A stretch of 64,000 nucleotides of DNA from the NCBI GenBank assembly GCA_964016885.1, contig OZ024749.1, positions 13,454,001 through 13,518,000 on the forward strand. Direction: 5' to 3'. Positions 43,318 through 58,426 of this stretch are shown here, piece after piece. Each line of letters starts with the position of its first letter. The first letter of the stretch is position 1. Position numbers and translations under genes: made by a program. This DNA comes from Eledone cirrhosa. Lineage: Eukaryota. A model generated the notes under the pieces. It saw nothing but the letters and a program-made list of their open reading frames with translations, did no database searches and was not told the origin of the DNA.

Positions 43318-43458
43318 TCAGGACCCCGATAACTGAGCCCCGACAGTTTCAACAGCTAGACCCGAAGTCCTCTAAATGCGGAATACCTATAAACTACTAT
43401 ATAAAAATATTCGGATCTAGCTGTCGAAACGGCCGGAGTTCAGCCGTCGGGGTCCTGA
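43318..43458. repeat. Diverged inverted repeat (43318-43366/43410-43458) related to the 38211 family
   Basis: Right arm contains GTCGAAACGGC...GCCGTCGGGGTC. Confidence 0.72.
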
Positions 43459-43607
43459 CTCTTTTCATAAAAATATTTATATATATATGTATAGAAAGAG
43501 ACGAGGCAATATGATGGAGAAAAAAGAAAGAAAGAGAGAGGTGGGTGGGAGAAAGAGAGAGAAAAGGTGAGAGAGAATGGAAGAGATAGGGGAAGAGAAA
43601 ATGAAAG

Positions 43608-43755
43608 AGAGATGGAGAATTAAAAAAAGAACGAAAGAAAGAAAGAAGTTTGAAGTAAGATGGAGAATTAAAAAAAGAACGAAAGAAAGAAAGAAGTTTG
43701 AAGTAAGATGGAGAATTAAAAAAAGAACGAAAGAAAGAAAGAAGTTTGAAGTAAG
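43608..43755. repeat. 48-bp purine-rich tandem repeat x3
   Basis: Unit AGATGGAGAATTAAAAAAAGAACGAAAGAAAGAAAGAAGTTTGAAGTA. Confidence 0.9.
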
Positions 43756-44216
43756 TGTTATTTCCAAAACTGTAACTGCAGACGTTTCAGTGCTGTTATT
43801 TACAAAAACTTGTACGGTTTTTGTAAAAACTGAGAAGGCAATTTCCATTCGGATATAAACACTAGAGTAACAGTGGAGAAACAGTAGAGAAGCAGTGGAG
43901 AAACAGTGGAGAAGCAGTGGAGAAACAGTGGAGAAATATTCTTTTATTGGTAATATTTGCATGTTAAAACTTTCTATATTCATTATAATTGGTTGTTGAA
44001 GTAGGAAACCTCGTGTGTGTGTACATGAAGGTTAATATGGACATGGCCTCTACAAAACTAAAGTCCATTAGAAAACCATTTCTATATTAAACTTGATGTA
44101 CCTTACTAACTGTGATTCATGTCCGAAACGTTGAAACCTCCTCCACTTCCTCCCACCGTCAGCCTAATATAATTGTGTATTTTTGTATTCCTGTGTTTGT
44201 TTTGTTTCCTTTATTA

Positions 44217-44321
<105 letters not shown>

Positions 44322-44477
44322 GTGTGCGTGTGTACCAGGATATCCAAGTATATGAACAATTATACAAATAGAGAAATTTGCATTTTGATAATTAATGGTT
44401 CGTATAAGAGAAACCCTATAGTTTAAGTTGTTTACTGACAAATGGAAATAATTAAAGATAAGAATGCTATTATAATA

Positions 44478-45110
44478 ATTGTTTCTACTTTTGGCACAAG
44501 GCCAGCAAATACCCAGTACATTACTGGTACTTTATTTCATCGACCCCGTAAGGATGAAAGGCAAAGTTAACCTCGGCATGATTTGAACTCAGATCAGAAA
44601 GGGGCGTAACTCTGTGCTACAAAGCATGTTGTCCGACCCTCTATCGATACTGCCAAACCACATGGTTTCTGATTTAGGCCCAAGGTCAATAATTGGGGGG
44701 GGGGGAGTCGATTAAATCGACCCCAGTGCGTGACTGGTACTTTATTTTATCGACCCCGTAAGGATGAAAATCAGCGCTATCCTCGGCGGGATTTGAACTC
44801 AGAACGTAAAGGAACAATCTATTATATGGTTAGATGTTCTGTATATTGGTGAAGGCACCAGGCTTAGTGTTTAGAGAATTAGATTCACAATAGTGAGGTT
44901 GGGAGTTCAATTCCTGTACCTGGCGATGTGTTATGTCCTTGAGCAAGACACTTTATTTCACGTTGCTCCTTCTGCCAGGAGTTGTGACCCGTAGATAGTA
45001 TCAACTTTTGGAAAAACCAATGGAAATATTGCTTCGTTGGTCCGATCTCACAATTTCCAACTCACTCGGAAAGCGAATGAGATCTTGGATCGGTCGATAA
45101 ACAATATCTG
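44478..45110. mobile_element. Two SINE family 1 copies (-) followed by one family 2 copy (+, from ~44853)
   Basis: Same diagnostic motifs as the other copies. 44853-45110 resembles 60562-60775. Confidence 0.78.
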
Positions 45111-45324
45111 AGTATATGAGCAAAATGTATGAGTAACTCTGGAGAAATAACAGGAGAAAATGTTCTGTCAGTTATCCATTAGCATAATAGTTAACTCGCT
45201 TACACGGTATTCGAGAGATACGAAGTTCGAATCTCTGTAATGACTGTTGGCCACCTTTTCTGTCTCTAGGAATGTTTTACCCGAATTTCTAAGCTATTAT
45301 TTATAGTGGTCGACTGCTGATATA

Positions 45325-45504
45325 CAGTGAAATTCCGTTATAACAAAATTCACGTGGTATAAAAAAATTCGTTGTATGGAAAAATTGTTTATAAGGAGAT
45401 CGACCGAAACAAATTGAACGTTTATTATTACCTCGGGGATTTAAAAAAATCGTTATACTGAAAAATTTGTTATAATGGTATTCGTTATAATGAAATTTTA
45501 CCTG
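45325..45504. mobile_element. pogo/Tigger-like MITE with TA target duplication
   Basis: TA|CAGTGAAATTCCGTTATAAC...GTTATAATGAAATTTTACCTG|TA, with internal GTTATA repeats. Confidence 0.68.
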
Positions 45505-45776
45505 TAGTTATTTCTGCGTTTGTGATTCGCATATTCAAAATAAAAGGCAAGATGGAGTTTCAGATTAAGACCGAAAAAAGAGGAGGCAAAAAAGAGAACA
45601 GACGGTTATTGAGAAGGTCACCGAATGTGTGGCAAAAGAATTTTGAGGAATAACTACCGGGTAGTAAGGTAGAGAAATTGAAAAGTTAAAAGATATGGTA
45701 CGTTGTTTCTTTTTATTGCTAATACTGGCAACATGACCAAACCCAAACACAACAATGTATATATATATTTGTTTGT

Positions 45777-47335
<1,559 letters not shown>

Positions 47336-47657
47336 CAAGTTGTTGTTGCATCAGTTTGGCTTCGTCAAAGAAAGTGACTCAGCAGGCTGGTCAACCAATC
47401 AAAGAAGTTTCTCTGTATTTTTATTGGCTGCAAAGTTGAAATTAAAGATGGTGCTGAAACCGTCGTCTATAGCTGCCCTATATTTATCGCCTTAATTAAT
47501 TTTAATTAGATAAAGTCATTAACAAGCGCTGCAGAGCTATCATTAGTAAGTCGAGCCACTGTTTGACAGTTATTGCAAAGCACCAACGATATGTCTTTGA
47601 AAGAAATAAAATCAAAGATAGGAATTAGAAGTGAAAACTTTCTTGGGTAATATCCTA

Positions 47658-47708
47658 GCTCTCTCTCTCTCTCTCTTTCTATATATATATATATACGTGT
47701 GTGTGTGC

Positions 47709-47747
<39 letters not shown>

Positions 47748-47752
47748 GTCTC

Positions 47753-47819
<67 letters not shown>

Positions 47820-47906
47820 CGTGTGTGTGTGTGCACCTCTCTCTCTCTCACGTCTCTCTCTCTCTCTCTCTCTCTCTCACGTCTCTCTCTCTCTCTCTCT
47901 CTCACG

Positions 47907-47983
<77 letters not shown>
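47658..47983. repeat. (CT)n/(TA)n compound microsatellite
   Basis: Read directly. Confidence 0.9.
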
Positions 47984-47985
<2 letters not shown>

Positions 47986-48183
47986 ATTTGTTTTGGGTGG
48001 TTTCTTATCTGAAAACGTGTGTTGAAACAGATATTGTTATACTTTGGGAGGGTCATGCTTTGACAATACATAAACAACCATCCGGTTATCGAACCAGCCA
48101 ACCAATCGGAAACATATAATAAATTGAAGTGAAAACCAACAGGTGCGTGTGTTTTTATTGGCAGCATGACCCTCTCAACGTAT

Positions 48184-48245
<62 letters not shown>

Positions 48246-48508
48246 CTCTGTTATTTACTAATTTCAGTCACTCGAGGTCATGCTGGGGCAGGGTCGTGAC
48301 TTATATTTTTAACTTTCGGTACTTATTTTACAGATCTCATTGTACGACTCTTGCTTTCGGCTATGTTCTACTCTGTGCAACGTCGTTGGTATATTTGGAA
48401 TGAAAGCTGTTAACTATGGCTTTCAAAGGATTTTGAAAGTTTGTGAGAATTTGAAAAAATTTAGTAAAATATCTATCTAACTTTCTCATTATTAGTAACT
48501 TGACAAAA

Positions 48509-49212
48509 TGGCGGTGGATTGGCAGTACTGGTAGAACATGCTTCGTGGCATATAGTTACGGCGCTTCATGTTCTGAGTTTAAATCCCGCCGATGTTAGCT
48601 TTGCCTTTCCTCCTTACAAAATAAAGTACCAGTAACGTACTGAGGTCGATTTAATCGACTTTTCCCTCCCCCAAAAATTGTTGGCCTTGTGCCTAAATCA
48701 GAAACCATCATTAATAACTTAACATGGTTTTTTTGGGGGGTTTTTTTTTTTACATAAAATTATGCCGAAAGACTTTTAGCTGAATATAGACACTCGAAAA
48801 ACAGTTTTGTTTATCACAGACAAAACACGATTTTCTATGAAAAGCTTCTCAGAAGATAAATGATGGAAGAATTTTCAATCGATATAGTTTCTGATTCAGT
48901 CACAAGGCTAGCAATATTGGGGGAGGGCAAAGTTTATTAAATCAACCCAAGTGCGTTACTGGTACTTTATTTTATCGAGCATGTAATGATGAAAGATAGA
49001 CCTGGCCGGAAGGACAATAATTGTTTCTACTTTTTGGCACAAGGCCAGCAATTATCCCAGTGCATTACTGGTACTTTATTTTATCTACCCCGTAAGGATG
49101 AAAAGCAAAGCTAACCTTGGCAGGATTTGAACTCAGATCGTAAAGAGGTGTAACCCTATGACATAAAGCATGTTGTCCGATGCTCCACCGAATATACTGC
49201 CAATCACCCGCC
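48509..49212. mobile_element. SINE family 1 copies (+ 48509-48706; - 48885-49010; - 49018-49212)
   Basis: Diagnostic motifs as above. Confidence 0.78.
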
Positions 49213-49317
49213 CTAACCTATACAGTAATATTGACATGTTCTACATTTCAACTGCTGAGTATTATAATTATTGACCTTGGTGGTGGTGGGGTAGGTGAAG
49301 ATCAAGGTCATATTGAA

Positions 49318-50431
49318 CGACAACAGCAACAACAGCAACAACGACAACAACAACAACGACAATAACAGCAGCAACAACAAAAACCACGACAACAGCAACA
49401 ACGACAGCAGCAACAACAGCAACACGACAACAACAGCAACACGACAACAGCAACAACGACAGCAGCAACAACAGCAACACGACAACAACAGCACCAACAA
49501 CAGCAACACGACAACAGCAACACGACAACACCAGCAGCAACAACAGCGGCACGACAACAACAACAACAGCACCAACAACAGCAACACGACAACAGCAACA
49601 CGACAACAACAGCACCAACAACAGCAATACGACAACAACAACAACAGCACCAACAACAGCAACAACGACAACAACAGCACCAACAACAGCAACACAACAA
49701 CAACAACACGACAACAGCAACACGACAACAACAGCAACACGACAACAACAGCAGTAACAACAGCAACACGACAACAACAGCAACACGACAACAGCAACAA
49801 CAACAGCAACACGACAACAACAGCAACACGACAACAGCAACAACAACAACAACACGACAACAGCAACACGACAACAACAGCAACACGACAACAACAGCAG
49901 TAACAACAGCAACACGACAACAACAGCAACACGACAACAACAGCAACACGACAACAGCAACAACAACAACAACACGACAACAGCAACACGACAACAACAG
50001 CAACACGACAACAACAGCAGTAACAACAGCAACACGACAACAACAGCAACACGACAACAGCAACAACAACAGCAACACGACAACAACAACAACAACAACA
50101 GCAACACGACAACAGCACCAACAACAGCAACACGACAACAGCAACAACAACAGCAACACGACAACAGCACCACAACAGCAACACGACAACAGCAACACGA
50201 CAACAGCAACACGACAACAACAGCAGCAACAACAGCACGACAACAACAGCACCAACAACAGCAACACAACAACAACAGCAACACAACAACAGCAACAACG
50301 ACAACAACAGCACCAACAACAGCAACAACGACAACAACAGCACCAACAACAGCAACAACGACAACAGCACCAACGACAACAACAGCACCAACGACAACAG
50401 CAACAACAACAGCACCAACACAGCAGCAACA
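49318..50431. repeat. (CAA/CAG/CGA)-based low-complexity tandem repeat
   Basis: Recurring ACAACAGCAACACG units. Confidence 0.92.
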
Positions 50432-50537
50432 GTTTTGCAACAGATGTCAACATGAATGGACCTGTTATTTTTATCTAAAGACATCTTTTCCAATTCCATC
50501 CCGCTCGTCCCCTCAATCTATCTTATTTCTCATTCTT

Positions 50538-50573
50538 TCTTCTGATGAAGGACTAGCGTCCGAAACGTTAAGA
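50538..50573 (+). ncRNA. Minimal type-I hammerhead ribozyme in a PLE-like terminal remnant ending at (TA)n
   Basis: Stem I TCTT/AAGA, CTGATGA-A, stem II GGAC-TAGC-GTCC, GAA-ACGT-T. A related half motif GTCCGAAACGTT lies at 44121. Confidence 0.72.
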
Positions 50574-50644
50574 CCCTCAAACGTTAACCTAATATTTTCC
50601 TTCCATATACTGTACTGATTGTGTTGTTATTTCTGTTTACCTTT

Positions 50645-50743
<99 letters not shown>

Positions 50744-50858
50744 ATATATATATATACATGTGTATATATGTATGTGTGGCTGTGTATGTATGTATATAAA
50801 TATAAAATATATATACATGTGTGTGCGGTTGTGTCTATATATATATATATATATATAC

Positions 50859-50936
<78 letters not shown>

Positions 50937-51004
50937 ATAATAATAAATTTCAAGACTAAAATCCAAAGAGGGCTCGATAAGTTATTTTAATAAATATATA
51001 TATA

Positions 51005-51056
<52 letters not shown>

Positions 51057-51351
51057 TCACTAGACCTACCTATTGGCCAAGTAAAATTTTGCATGTGCCA
51101 ATGGCATAAATTTGCATAATTAAATTAAGAGATGATGTACTGAATGTTGTATGCCAAAAAATTAATTAATTAATTAAAATTTCCCATTTTTAGTTGAAGA
51201 AATGGAGTCAATCCCCTAGTGGCAATTGTTAGAGACTCTCAGATTAAAGGGGAGTTAATTTTAATAAATTATGGATTAATCTCGCAAAGTTAATTTCTCT
51301 GCTTTAAGGGGAAAGAAAAGAAAATCTGGTCTTTGTACACAGATATAAATT

Positions 51352-51391
<40 letters not shown>

Positions 51392-51392
<1 letters not shown>

Positions 51393-51406
51393 TTGTTGTT
51401 GTTGTT

Positions 51407-51496
<90 letters not shown>

Positions 51497-52368
51497 ATTA
51501 ATGGAAGTAGTTTAATGGTGGCTGGTTGCTAGGTTGGCTGGTTAGGTGGTTGGTTGTTTGCTTCATTGGTCAGTTGTTTGTTCAAAATTAAGTAATGGAA
51601 AGAGGAGAAAGGGGTAAAGAAGGGCAGATATGACTGTATGGGAAAGTAGAGGAAAGGAATATGTCATAATTGAGAGAAAAAGGCGGGGGAAAGCAAGGAC
51701 GCTTGTACCACAGAAGAAAGAGAGGTGTCTGATTGGTTGTTTGGTTGGCTGGCTGTCTGGTTGGCGGGTTTGTTGGTTGTCTGTGTAGTTGTCTAGTTGT
51801 CTGGTTGTCTAGTTGTTTAGTTGTCTGGTTGTCTAGTTGTTTAGTTGGCTGGCTGGCTGATTGACTAGTTAGCTGGTTGGCTGGCTGTTTGTCATGTTGG
51901 CTGGCTGGCTGTCTGGTTGCTTGGTTGGCTGGTAGACTGGTTGACTAGTTGTCTGATTGTTTGGTTGCCTGGTTGGCTGGTTATCTAGTTGCCTGGTTGT
52001 CTGATTGACTGGCTGGCTGGTTGTTTGGTTGGTTGGTTGGTTGGCTGGTTTGATAGTTGCCTGGCTGGTTGTCTGGTTGCCTGGCTATCTGGTTAGTTGT
52101 GTGGCTGGTTGTCTGGTTGCTCCTTATGGTTGGTTGTCTGACTGGCTGGTTGTTCCTTATGGTTGGTTGTCTGACTGGCTGGTTGTCTGATTGGCTGGTT
52201 GTCTGACTGGCTGGTTGTCTGATTGGTTGGTTGTCTGATTGGCTGGTTGTCTGATTGGCTGGTTGTCTGATTGGTTGTTTGTCTGACTGGTTGGTTGTCT
52301 GACTGGTTGGTTGTCTGATTGGTTGGTTGTCTGATTGGTTGGTTGTCTGACTGTCAGGCTGATTGATT
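51392..52368. repeat. (GTT)n/(GTA)n tracts and degenerate (TGGT/TGGC)n repeat with 16-bp units
   Basis: Read directly. Confidence 0.85.
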
Positions 52369-52519
52369 CAGTTAAGTTTCATTCTATTTTCATATTAAAC
52401 ATTATGCATCAGCTAACTTCACTTTTTCTCGGCATTTTTGCAACAGAGAGAACTAAAATATGAATCCTGGCTTTTTTTTTTTTTAGCTTCTGAAACCAAA
52501 CTGTCAGTAACTCTTGTAA

Positions 52520-52725
52520 GTAACTGACAGGTTTGCGGTTGTACCCCTGGCAGTGAAGACTTCTGGTGTCCTCGGCCCTAGGGCTACCTCCCTACTCACC
52601 ACCATAGGCGCTGAGCTGGCCAGCCGTAGGTGTGAACCCCGCGAGTTTGAGTGGCTTTTCCAGCGCGTCTCCCTTGCCGTCATCCGGGGGAACGCCTTCT
52701 CCATCCTGTCCACCGGGGCTGTGTG
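52520..52725 (+). pseudogene. C-terminal restriction-like endonuclease fragment of a CRE-clade-like non-LTR retrotransposon
   Basis: FAVVPLAVKTSGVLGPRATSLLTTIG...LFQRVSLAVIRGNAFSIL matches the CRE-type P.A.ET.G..G...QR.S.A..RGNA pattern. Confidence 0.7.
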
Positions 52726-53004
52726 TGTGGGGAGGGAGGGGGGGCGATCGCGTAACATTCCGTATTTAGGTATCTGTGTTCTTACATGTAGACGCACGTC
52801 CTTTACCATAGTGTTGTGTCTCTAAACGAAGTTTATTTCCTTTAATAGTTACAATGTAATTTGTTCAATTGTGTATTAGTGTCGACGAAATTGTCTTTCA
52901 TTTTACTAATGAAATATTATCTATTTTAAACAATTAATGGAGAGATAAGTATTTATTACTTCCTTTATAAAGAGAGTGACTTAATGAATGTTTCTTGTAT
53001 AAAA

Positions 53005-53190
53005 TAATTGTTTCTACTTTTGGCACAAGGCCAGCAATTATCCCTGTGTATTACTAGTACTTTATTTTATCGACCCCGTAAGGATGAAAGGCAAAGTTAA
53101 CCTCGGCGGGATTTGAACTCAGAATGGCAAGGGCCGTAACTCTATGCGTCAACGCATGGCTCCGACCCTCTACCGATACTGCCAAACCTG
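53005..53190 (-). mobile_element. SINE family 1 copy with direct repeat GTTTCTTGTATAAAATAAT on both sides
   Basis: The repeat at ~52990-53008 and ~53193-53211 is a plausible TSD. Confidence 0.8.
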
Positions 53191-53367
53191 CAGTTTCTTG
53201 TATAAAATAATGCTGGGAGATGAAAATTCAAATGGGACCACTTAAAAAAGAAAGTGGGAGGGGGTTCTTTCCTAGAGCCAAAGGAGCTGGTTTTGAAGTG
53301 TTAATGGAATGCTGGGAATGAACAGATGGTAGTCGTGGGAATGTTCTCGTACAACTTAACCAAAAGG

Positions 53368-54133
53368 TCGTGGTGTGGTGCGGTGGTGTGGTGTGGTGTG
53401 ATGTGCGGTATTGTGGTGTGATGTGCGGTATTGTGGTGTAGTGTAGTGTGATGTGGGGTATTGTGGTGTGGTGGTGTGGTGTTGTGTGGTGTGATGTGGG
53501 GTATTGTGATGTGGTGTGGTGGTGTGGTGTTGTGTGGTGTGATGTGGGGTATTGTGGTATGGTGTGGTGGTGTGGTGTTGTGTAGTGTGATGTGTGGTAT
53601 TGTGATGTGGTGTGGTGGTGTGTAGTGTGGTACGAGGTGGTGGTGTTGTGTAGTGTGATGTGGGGTATTGTGATGTGGTGTGGTGGTGTGTAGTGTGGTA
53701 TGATGTGGTGGTGTGGTGTTGTGTAGTGTGATGTGGGGTATTGTGATGTGGTGTGGTGGAGTGGTGTTGTGTAGTGTGATGTGGGGTATTGTGGTATAGT
53801 GTGGTGGTGTGGTGTTGTGTAGTGTGATGTGTGGTATTGTGATGTGGTGTGGTGGTGTGTAGTGTGGTACGAGGTGGTGGTGTGGTGTTGTGTAGTGTGA
53901 TGTGGGGTATTGTGATGTGGTGTGGTGGTGTGTAGTGTGGTATGATGTGGTGGTGTGGTGTTGTGTAGTGTGATGTGGGGTATTGTGGTATGGTGTGGTG
54001 GTGTGGTGTTGTGTAGTGTGATGTGGGGTATTGTGATGTGGTGTGGTGGTGTGTAGTGTGGTACGTTGTGGTGGTGTGGTGTTGTGTAGTGTGATGTGGG
54101 GTATTGTGGTGTGGTGTTGTGTAGTGTGATGTG
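53368..54133. repeat. GTG/GTGGT-based tandem repeat
   Basis: Recurring GTGTAGTGTGATGTGGGGTATTGTG units. Confidence 0.9.
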
Positions 54134-54194
54134 CTTTACATCAGTTAAAAAAAAATGTTAAGCTTTTTGAATCCCAACAAATTAATATAACCTC

Positions 54195-54226
<32 letters not shown>

Positions 54227-54230
<4 letters not shown>

Positions 54231-54277
54231 TATGTATGTCTACGTACATACATATATGTATACAGACGTACAGTAGC

Positions 54278-54347
<70 letters not shown>

Positions 54348-54643
54348 GCACACATATATATATATGTACGTATCAGTTTAGCGAACATTTATTATAACGT
54401 TCGCTTTGTTCGTTTGTAAACAAACGGACAGCCTGATTTATGCCGTACGGTGTTAAGGCAACCACGTCACCTTTTTGTTCAACACTGACACAGGAACGAT
54501 GTACTAGTTTCAAGCTTGTTAGCTATCGTCAACACCGTATACCCTTCTGCCAGATGGTTGAACGTTTGTTTTACAAACGAACAAAGCGAACGTTATAATA
54601 AATGTTCGCTAAACTGATACGTACATATATATATATGTGCCTG

Positions 54644-54712
<69 letters not shown>

Positions 54713-54991
54713 GCTACTGTACGTCTGTATACATATATGTATGTACGTATACATACATACTTACATTTAAGTAACTGTCGTACTAAGAGTGAGAAATGAA
54801 ATTTCGTTTCATTCTATTCCAATTTATCGTTTTCGGTGCGCCTGGCCGACTGAACTCACTCGGTATGCAAATTAGGCTGCTCAGCCGTTAATTTTCATAA
54901 GGAAAGTATATACTTTCGAACGTTCAACCATCTGGCAGAAGGGTATACGGTGCTAACGATAGCTAACAAGCTTGAAACTAGTACATCGTTC
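54227..54991. repeat. Nested inverted duplication (A 54227-54426 / A' 54563-54763; B' 54494-54566 / B 54919-54991)
   Basis: Arm pairs read as reverse complements with few mismatches. B carries a hammerhead fold. Confidence 0.88.
54948..54988 (+). ncRNA. Minimal type-I hammerhead, each copy with one core mutation (second copy on - strand at 54497-54537)
   Basis: Stem I CGGTG/CATCG, core CTAACGA here versus TTGACGA in the mirror (consensus CTGACGA), stem II T-AGCT-AACA-AGCT-T, GAA-ACTAGT-A. Confidence 0.68.
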
Positions 54992-55219
54992 TATATATAT
55001 ATATATATATATACGATATTAAATAAATGGAAACTATATTTATAAAACCATATCTATTTCATTATATATATTTCAGGGATATCATATTAACAATATGCTA
55101 TGCCTTCCTCAGACAAAATACAATATAAACAGTTTTATAGATAAATAGATTTGACATACCATACAACATCGACTTGTATTTGAAAAGTTGAATTGGCAGT
55201 ATATATATATATATTGGCA

Positions 55220-55315
<96 letters not shown>

Positions 55316-55339
55316 CAGGAGGATCAGTTAATTATGATT

Positions 55340-55447
55340 TTATTCAACATATTCCCCACCCAGATTGACATACTTATTGCAGTGGTCCTTCAGTTTTTCT
55401 AAGCCCTGTAAAAAGAACTCGGAAGGTTGGGCATCAAACCAGGCCTC
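55340..55447 (-). pseudogene. Mariner transposase C-terminal fragment
   Basis: Translates EAWFDAQPSEFFLQGLEKLKDHCNKYVNLGGEYVE*. Confidence 0.78.
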
Positions 55448-56024
55448 TGTAACCTCCTGCAGCCAGGAAATATAAGAATATGTTCAGGTGAAGGAAATAA
55501 CATCGATTACAGTCAGTTACTATAAAGTAGGTTATAGAAATCGGAAAAAGACCGCTAGAGAAGGGTAAATGTTGCCAGCGTTCATTACGAAGTACTCCAT
55601 CTTTAGGGATCTTTACACTATGTTTATAGCTTCATTGCAACTGACTGTAGTTGCAGTTGTTTTCCGCGTCTAAGCTTCCTATATCTTATAAACTTTTTTC
55701 TCATTGCTCCGTAAGTTCAAAAATGCTAGCTTCACACACATCGTTTGTATTCCGAATGACCATGGGATTTGTACCAAGAAAGGTCCCCTCCGTGGCACAA
55801 TTCCGCGCAAGGTTGTTTGTGGAAGACCAGCAGTCACCCATGCATACAAGTCTCCCCTCTCGATGCTATCCAGGGGAAAGACAAAGGCCGATACAACTTC
55901 GTGCCAGTCATGTCGCAACTCATTTCTACAGCTGAATAAAATGGAGCAGCATGAAATAAAGTGTCTTACTCAAGAACACAACTCAAAGCCCGGTCCGAGA
56001 ATTGAACTACTCACAACCTCACGT

Positions 56025-56411
<387 letters not shown>

Positions 56412-57108
56412 TAACAGTATTTCATAATAAACATCCAAAGTTGGTTCAGCACTCAATGTGTGTGTGTCTGTATTAGTCCTTTCTTTAGAACTCTTCTATA
56501 TAGGAGGAGAGAAGGAACACTCATTCCAAGATGGCCGGATTGATGAATTGACAACAGCGATGAAAAAACATATCTCAGGTAGGCCGTATCTTTTAATGTG
56601 TTAAATAACTGTATATGAATCTGTGTCAGTGTGTGTAGATCTGTCAACTCTCCCCGTCCGACGGGGACATCTGCCACCCACTTTGGTGTGGGTGCGAGAT
56701 ATTTTCTCTTGTGTCAACAGGTATAGCTTTCTTTGTGTATAATCTACCCATTTTGCCTCATTTCTCCCCATTTTGGGACACTTTTTCTCATGGTACTCCC
56801 CGTTTGGTAATTTAGAGATTGCCACCTCTGGTATTGTATTATAGGTAAGGATTGGCACAAATACCGAATATATAAGTATTGAGAAATGTGTTTTATTTTA
56901 CTTTATAACAGAGTTTCTCAAACATTTTGGTCCACCACCCTCTTCGTGGGCATGAAATACCCAGAGCGCCCGACCCCTATGTCTAGACCTGCCTACACGG
57001 AAATTGTAAATGATATATAATAAATAAAATCGTTAATTGATCCTATGTATAAATATTATACATTTTTTTAAATTTTACTATATTTATATATATGTATCAT
57101 TTGATATT

Positions 57109-57514
57109 AAATATATTATGATATCATCTCTACTGCCACCCATTTAGGCCCATCACCCCCCTGGACCGTCTCACCGGGGGAACATCTCTAAATATATTAT
57201 GATATCATCTCTACTGCCACCCATTTAGGCCCAGCACCCCCCTGGACCATCTCAACGGGAACATCTCTAAATATATTATGATATCATCTCTACTGCCACC
57301 CATTTAGGCCCAGCACCCCCCTGGACCATCTCACCGGGGGAACATCTCCTAATATATTATGATATCATCTCTACTGCCACCCATTTAGGCCCAGCACCCC
57401 CCCCTCGACCATCTCACCGGGGGAACATCTCTAAATATATTATGATATCATCTCTACTGCCACCCATTTAGGCCCAGCACCCCCCTGGACCGTCTCACCG
57501 GGGGAACATCTCCT
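57109..57514. repeat. ~81-bp tandem repeat x5 derived from the subterminal part of a hAT-like element (56985-57514, -)
   Basis: Units start at ~57109, 57190, 57269, 57350 and 57433. Reverse-complement similarity to 31370-31585. Confidence 0.82.
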
Positions 57515-57860
57515 TTATAACAGTTCTTCCAATTTGTATTGTGAGTATTAAGAAAGTAAAGACTGACAAGGTTTAGTGATAAGTCCGCCAATGGTTCAGG
57601 GTTCGATCCCACTCAAGGCTAGATTAGACGAATGTCTTCACCATTACCTCAAATCAACCCAAGCCATCTGAGTGAAATTTGGTATGCGGGAACTATGTGG
57701 AAGACCATTGGATGGATTATGTTGAACATCTAATTCAAAGGTCCTCATCCTTAACACGTATTGTGTCATTCATGCTGGTTCTATTCTCAAAATGGAGTTA
57801 TGGGTAGAGTACACGTGTTTGTGGAACCCTCACCCACTCACACACATTAATTCCTGATTT

Positions 57861-58393
57861 AGTAGCAGTAGTAGTAGCAGTAGTAGCAGACGTAGCAGCA
57901 GTCGTAGCAGCAGCAATAGTAGTAGTAGTAGTAGTAGTAGTAATAGCAGCAGTAGTAGTAGTAGTAGTAGTAATAGCAGCAGTAGTAGTAGCAGCAGTAG
58001 CAGTAGTAATAGCAGCAGTAGTAGTAGCAGCAGTAGTAGTAGCAGCAGTAGTAGTAATAGCAGCAGTAGTAGTAATAGCAGCAGTAGTAGTAGCAGCAGT
58101 AGTAGTAGCAGCAGTAGTAGTAATAGCAGTAGCAGTAGTAATAGCAGCAGTAGTAGTAGCAGCAGTAGTAGTAGCAGCAGTAGTAATAGCAGCAGTAGTA
58201 GTAATAGCAGCAGTAGTAGTAGCAGCAGTAGTAATAGCAGCAGTAGTAGTAGCAGCAGTAGTAGTAGCAGCAGTAGTAATAGCAGCAGTAGTAGTAATAG
58301 CAGCAGTAGTAGTAGCAGCAGTAGCAGTAGTAGCAGCAGTAGTAGTAGCAGCAGTAGTAGTAACAGTAGTAGTAGTAGTAGCAGCAGTAGTAG

Positions 58394-58426
<33 letters not shown>

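Noticed and set aside
49213-50499. 428-aa and overlapping Cys/Leu/Val or Gln/Asn/Thr-rich ORFs
   Set aside because: Trinucleotide-derived repeat open in most frames; no splice or domain evidence.
56409-56900. Possible solo LTR starting TGTAAC after (TA)n
   Set aside because: No matching CA end, TSD or second copy identified.
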